A DNA stretch of 40,249 nt, from positions 1 through 40,249 of the IMG/VR virus record IMGVR_UViG_3300006164_000018. One strand, 5' to 3'. Below, piece by piece: positions 36,291 through 40,249 of this stretch; within the stretch, counting starts at the first letter, position 1; each line of letters starts with the position of its first letter. The position numbers were made by a program, and so were the translations under genes. The DNA comes from a virus (Duplodnaviria; Caudoviricetes). Below the pieces are notes generated by a model. It searched no databases and was not told the origin of the DNA. It worked only from the letters and a program-made list of their open reading frames with translations.

Positions 36291-38378
36291 ATGGTTAATA
36301 GTTTTACCGATAAGTGCTTAATTTTCGAACCAGGAAAAGCACCTACTCCCCCTCCACCAGTATTTTACGGAGAAGGTACGGTAATAGTTACACCAACTCC
36401 ACCAAGACCTGATCCACAGACAGAAGGGTTTCGTCCTGATGAATGGGAAGTTCCAAAGATTATTTTTCAACCACCTCCCCCTGAGGAAGAATATGTTTGG
36501 GTGTGTACAGAGCTTAAAGAGTGTGTACTCGTACTTAAAGCTTCATTAGGGACAGGTCAACCATACTGGTCTACTAAAGGAGAATGTAGATCTTTTTGTG
36601 AATCTATACTTGGTGCATCTGTTTCACCTAGAGGTAGAGATTCCTCTACTACAACTAGAAATAGGCACTACCCTTATGAGCAGAACTTCAACTTTAATTC
36701 GTATGTTGGAAACAATAGTAACGGTATTTTAGTAAATAATAGATATAAACATACTAATATATTTAATAGTAAATATAGTTTAGAAATTAAGGAAACTATT
36801 AAAGCTAATTCTAGAGATTCCTCTGTAAATACTTACCCCTTCTATAGCTTTAAAGACAGGCCCGAGAAGATGTTCAGTAATTTATCTGAGGATCTAAAGA
36901 ACTCTCTAAATAAACTTCCCTCTAGGCTAAGAACAAGATATCTTAGTTCTATTACTACATCTTTGTTTGATGATAATCTAAAAAGGGTAGATACAAATCA
37001 TATACATGAAGTTACTAGGAGATACAAGGAAAAAGATATTAGTAAAGTCTCGTATCCCCGTTCTGATATTAGAACAGTTTACGAGAATTTCCAATTAAAT
37101 AAGATTCCTCTAGACCCAGAAAGTCATACAAATATCTATAGGCAAAAAGAACTACAGACATGGAAAACCATTCCTAGTGACTTAGATAAGAAAATTGAAG
37201 TGTTATTAAAAAGCGGTGAAACATCTGAATTTAGTATAATTTCAGACGATGATTCATTCATATACACAACTTCGTCTGGAACAGATACTAAGCTCTATAT
37301 AAATGATGGGGATACGGTAGATATTTATAGAGAGAGCCTATTTAAATACCCTATTACAACCAATATACATAATGCTTTTATTATGTCTCAGGAAGATATA
37401 ATTGCATCATTTAATCAGCTAAAGTCTCCTAACCACCCAGAGTACTCTATTGGGTTAACGGTAAGTAGTAATAACTCTTACGATATTGAAAGAACATATG
37501 ATTTGGATACTGCTTTAAATGATTACTTTTATTTTACTATAGATAATACCTCTTTTAAAAACCATAATGTTACGGATATTGGATTAAGAAGTACTACAGT
37601 TAAATATGATAGACTATCTGTAGAGGGAGATATAAATGATGATGTAAAGTTTAGAGCTTTTCCTTCTATAGTACTACCTATCTCTAATGAAGATCCTATC
37701 CTACAACACTTAATTAGGGGTACAGTTACATTAACCTTTACAGATCTTGATTTGTATAATCTAGGCAATGAGTTTATGCCTAGAATGATTCCTTATCATG
37801 TAATATTCGTACCTACCGATAACGCTAAACTATCTAACTATAACGCAGAATCTACATTACTTTCATTAAATTCTGATTTAACAGTAAGGTATTTAAATTT
37901 TACTTATAATATTGATAAGTATCATGTTAAAAAAGGATTACATCACGATTACTTACGTAGAGAATATACCTACCCTAATGCTAATATTGATGGTATAGAA
38001 GATACACAAGGAATAAAATATACCTTTAATTTTGGTGATAGGATATCAAGCCTAAAATTCAAGGAAGAGAGTGAAGCATTACCTAGAAGAGAGAGTAGTA
38101 TAAGATTATTCTTAAATGCTGTAAGTAGAGTAGTTAGTAATTATACTATTTCTGATACAGGATTGAATTGGTTCGATGTCCTCTCCAGAGTTAACTCTAG
38201 AGCCGTACTTAGCTTATTAACTGCGTCTACAGAGCAAACTAGACAGGATTTAGGGAAAGGAGTACTTACTGGAGTAAGACTAGAACCTTCTATAAAAGGT
38301 ACACCAACTAAAATTATATCTCAAACTGGGACCGAATTTCCAATCAAAACAGTATTGGATAAATCTTCTTTTTACTAA
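36291..38378 (+). CDS. Hypothetical protein with Pro-rich, Cys-cluster N-terminus; last gene of the tail operon
   Basis: 695-aa ORF starting 2 nt after the fibre stop. Confidence 0.7.
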   Translation: MVNSFTDKCLIFEPGKAPTPPPPVFYGEGTVIVTPTPPRPDPQTEGFRPDEWEVPKIIFQPPPPEEEYVWVCTELKECVLVLKASLGTGQPYWSTKGECRSFCESILGASVSPRGRDSSTTTRNRHYPYEQNFNFNSYVGNNSNGILVNNRYKHTNIFNSKYSLEIKETIKANSRDSSVNTYPFYSFKDRPEKMFSNLSEDLKNSLNKLPSRLRTRYLSSITTSLFDDNLKRVDTNHIHEVTRRYKEKDISKVSYPRSDIRTVYENFQLNKIPLDPESHTNIYRQKELQTWKTIPSDLDKKIEVLLKSGETSEFSIISDDDSFIYTTSSGTDTKLYINDGDTVDIYRESLFKYPITTNIHNAFIMSQEDIIASFNQLKSPNHPEYSIGLTVSSNNSYDIERTYDLDTALNDYFYFTIDNTSFKNHNVTDIGLRSTTVKYDRLSVEGDINDDVKFRAFPSIVLPISNEDPILQHLIRGTVTLTFTDLDLYNLGNEFMPRMIPYHVIFVPTDNAKLSNYNAESTLLSLNSDLTVRYLNFTYNIDKYHVKKGLHHDYLRREYTYPNANIDGIEDTQGIKYTFNFGDRISSLKFKEESEALPRRESSIRLFLNAVSRVVSNYTISDTGLNWFDVLSRVNSRAVLSLLTASTEQTRQDLGKGVLTGVRLEPSIKGTPTKIISQTGTEFPIKTVLDKSSFY

Positions 38379-38390
38379 TAAGGATACAAT

Positions 38391-38428
38391 TTTAAAAAAT
38401 AATAGCAGTATATCTTTTACTACTGCTA
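38391..38428 (-). terminator. Hairpin with U-tract on the minus strand (intrinsic terminator-like)
   Basis: TAGCAGTA (38403-38410) pairs with TACTGCTA (38421-38428) around a 10-nt loop; the minus strand continues TTATTTTTT. Confidence 0.5.
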
Positions 38429-38430
38429 GA

Positions 38431-38438
38431 TATAAATA
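38431..38438 (+). promoter_or_regulatory. T4-type late promoter TATAAATA
   Basis: Exact T4 late consensus in the intergenic gap, 34 nt before ATG 38473; AAGGA ribosome-binding site at 38458-38462. Confidence 0.55.
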
Positions 38439-38472
38439 GAGCAACTGGCTCACACTAAAGGAAATATATAAA

Positions 38473-38802
38473 ATGGCACTAGATAAAGTAACAAACGACC
38501 TAGCTAATGAATTTTTAGCTCAGTCTGGATATAAGATTGATGAGTCTACTCAAGAAGTAGCTTCTGATGAAATCTTACTCGATTCTCTTACGGAAGAAGA
38601 AGTAGCAGAGCATGTTTGCCCTCTATGTGAATCTTTCATTGAGGAAGGTATTAGTGATGATTCACTTCTTGAGCATTATAACGCTATGGTTAATATCATG
38701 CAAGAGCTTAATGAAGGTGAAGACACTCTTACTGAGCAAGAAGAGCTAGTAGCCAAAGCGGCTGCTTATGACGAACTTGTATCTGAATTAGAGGCTGAGT
38801 AA
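38473..38802 (+). CDS. Small acidic protein (prohead core-like) with CPLC motif
   Basis: Very E/D rich, with IDES, LTEE, LNEG and LTEQ sites; has RBS and late-promoter motif upstream. Confidence 0.6.
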   Translation: MALDKVTNDLANEFLAQSGYKIDESTQEVASDEILLDSLTEEEVAEHVCPLCESFIEEGISDDSLLEHYNAMVNIMQELNEGEDTLTEQEELVAKAAAYDELVSELEAE

Positions 38803-39284
38803 TGTACTCGTCCATCAGCAGTATTGCTGAGGGAATTCTCCTACAGGACGAATCAGAGTTTAAGTCTACGGGGAAAGTCGCATCTCAGCATACCCCTACG
38901 GGAGATCTGGATATATCCAATGTGGTAGTCCCAGATAATTTCGTAGACGCATTTATAAAAGGTAAGCCTTTACCAACTCCTATTAATGAGGAAGTTGTAG
39001 ATGTGGTAATTGAAGAGCCTAAGGAAAGTGAAACTAAAAACGTAGCAGAACTTATTACTGAGTTTGGGCAGATTGTGGCAAGAGCTAAGACGATTATTAG
39101 TGAAATGTCTACAGTCGGAGCTTTGGGGTTTCCTGGAGCTATGGTTAGTAATAAGCCTAAGGCAACTAAGCCTAAGGCAACTAAGCCTAAGGTAAAGAAG
39201 AAAAAGGCAAAGAAGAAAAAGTCATCAAAAGATGATAAGCGAAAACAAATGCTTGCTAGGATTAGGGGTAAATTAAATGTCTAA
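38802..39284 (+). CDS. Putative internal head protein: acidic N-terminus, Lys-rich C-terminus
   Basis: TAATG coupling; INEE and ISEM sites; KPKAT repeats and poly-Lys tail. Confidence 0.65.
   Translation: MYSSISSIAEGILLQDESEFKSTGKVASQHTPTGDLDISNVVVPDNFVDAFIKGKPLPTPINEEVVDVVIEEPKESETKNVAELITEFGQIVARAKTIISEMSTVGALGFPGAMVSNKPKATKPKATKPKVKKKKAKKKKSSKDDKRKQMLARIRGKLNV
39152..39192 (+). repeat. 15-bp tandem repeat (about 2.7 copies) encoding KPKAT
   Basis: TAAGCCTAAGGCAAC twice plus TAAGCCTAAGG. Confidence 0.9.
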
Positions 39285-40249
39285 ACAAGAACGTGTAGAT
39301 GAGATTCGTAAAAAGCTTTTTGAAACTCAAGGATCATTGAGTGCTTTCTTTGATAAATCTACTAAGGATGGAAATAATTCCAATCAAGACTCCAGCCGAA
39401 ATGCCCCTCATCGAGGCTACAAAAATGCCAGAATCAAGAAGGGCTCTGGTAACAAACACGACTGGGAATTGTCGAGAGACACTTCACAACCACTAGGGAA
39501 ACTAAAACCAGGATCATTGGGTGCTTTCTTTGATCAATCTACTAAGGATGACTCTAAACCTACAAGTACTTATAGACCTTTAAGGGGGGCTGGATTAAAG
39601 AAGTCTAAGCAAAAAATTGGTAAGGCTTTAAGAACTTATAGTCCGAATGTTAACATTCCCCAAAAGAAAAAGGGACCTACTCCTACTGGTCCTACTACAG
39701 CAGATAAGTTAGGTGCAGATGCTGGAAAGAGTAAATGGGCTAGTCTACCTAAATCTGGGCCATTAGCTACAAGTACTCCTCGCGCCAAAACTCGTTCTAG
39801 ACGATCTGGTAATGAATTATTTTATGGTACATCAGCTCCATTCTCAGACAAACCTCATAAAACCGTTCCTAACATGTTTCCTGGAGAGAAAACAGTATCC
39901 CTTGGACCTGAGTTAAGTACATTACCTGAAATACCAAAAGGTAAAGCTCCTGCTCAACAAGCTCCTGCTCAACAAGCTCCTGAACAAGCTCCTGCTCAAC
40001 AAGCTCCTGAACAAGCTCCTGAACAAGCTCCTGAACAAGCTCCTGAACAAGCTCCTGCTCAACAAGCTCAATCATCATGGGGACAAAAAAAACTATCTGG
40101 GTTAGAGGATAAGCTTGCTAGATTTAAGAAAAAAGATCTTAAATCTAGATTTAATGCTGTTCGTAAAAAAGGTCAAGCATTAGGCAAAGGAATGTCTAAT
40201 GATCAAGCCGCAGAGTTACATGGACAACGAAAAGCTTTAGCTAGAGAAC
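39277..40249 (+). CDS. Basic low-complexity protein, 3'-truncated by the window edge; absent from the ORF track
   Basis: Manual translation is open for 324 codons from ATG 39277 (MSKQERVDEIRKKLFETQGSLSAFFDKSTKD...) to the end; overlaps the upstream stop. Confidence 0.85.
   Translation, partial: MSKQERVDEIRKKLFETQGSLSAFFDKSTKDGNNSNQDSSRNAPHRGYKNARIKKGSGNKHDWELSRDTSQPLGKLKPGSLGAFFDQSTKDDSKPTSTYRPLRGAGLKKSKQKIGKALRTYSPNVNIPQKKKGPTPTGPTTADKLGADAGKSKWASLPKSGPLATSTPRAKTRSRRSGNELFYGTSAPFSDKPHKTVPNMFPGEKTVSLGPELSTLPEIPKGKAPAQQAPAQQAPEQAPAQQAPEQAPEQAPEQAPEQAPAQQAQSSWGQKKLSGLEDKLARFKKKDLKSRFNAVRKKGQALGKGMSNDQAAELHGQRKALARE
39330..39550 (+). repeat. 41-bp direct repeat, two copies 180 bp apart
   Basis: 39330-39370 and 39510-39550 are 39/41 identical; both encode GSL(S/G)AFFD(K/Q)STKD. 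Confidence 0.9.
39946..40065 (+). repeat. Coding minisatellite of mixed 15- and 12-bp units (APAQQ / APEQ)
   Basis: Four GCTCCTGCTCAACAA and five GCTCCTGAACAA units, all frame-preserving. Confidence 0.95.

Larger units (their letters stand above)
1..40249. mobile_element. Fragment of a large tailed dsDNA phage genome (contractile tail, distantly T4-like)
   Basis: Terminase, gp20-type portal, gp25/gp6/gp53/gp26-like baseplate genes, tape measure and fibres, plus phage-type helicase and primase. Coding density is near complete; no host housekeeping genes or integrase seen. Confidence 0.95.

Noticed and set aside
1826-37768. Short alternative-frame and antisense ORFs in the track (e.g. 1826-2086, 4699-4944, 6247-6564, 14359-14751, 35010-35243)
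   Set aside because: They lie within or across well-supported genes and show no recognisable motifs or coupling signals.
39330-40065. Possible CRISPR array, given repeats and a Cas4-like gene in the window
   Set aside because: The repeats are in-frame coding units with no unique 25-45-nt spacers, and no cas1 or cas2 is present.
39869-40078. Minus-strand ORF with ELVQ/ELVEQ repeats
   Set aside because: It is the antisense shadow of the APAQQ/APEQ repeat inside the long plus-strand ORF starting at 39277.
1-40249. Genome-wide stop-codon reassignment (code 15 or 4)
   Set aside because: The standard code already gives near-complete coding density with intact long ORFs, and TAG and TGA end genes at sensible junctions.

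Overview
The window is a very densely coded, AT-rich fragment of a large tailed dsDNA phage with a contractile tail and distantly T4-like (myovirus) genes. From left to right it carries: a minus-strand accessory operon (partial lipoprotein, hypothetical, DUF4406, GT2-like glycosyltransferase); large terminase, T4 gp20-type portal and head-associated proteins; a minus-strand UvsW-like helicase with a small partner; a T4 gp26-like gene; a minus-strand primase / Fe-S RecB-family nuclease cassette; a 24-kb translationally coupled tail and baseplate operon (tape measure, tube initiator, gp53/LysM, hub, spike, LamG protein, gp25, gp6, gp7/gpI-like, three paralogous adaptors, two fibres); and the start of a probable head-internal protein operon. 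No major capsid, sheath or tube gene was recognised, and no RNA genes or CRISPR array were seen. The strongest unannotated signal is a complete -1 ribosomal frameshift cassette at the end of the gp26-like gene: a T TTT TTT slippery site, an 8-nt spacer and a predicted H-type pseudoknot (11-bp and 8-bp stems), leading into a start-less 58-codon ORF. This would give a G/GT-style chaperone pair. Other leads are possible virion glycosylation, leaderless divergent promoters, a Cys-free primase zinc-binding domain and an in-frame amber junction between two paralogs. All product calls come from motif recognition by eye; no database searches were run.
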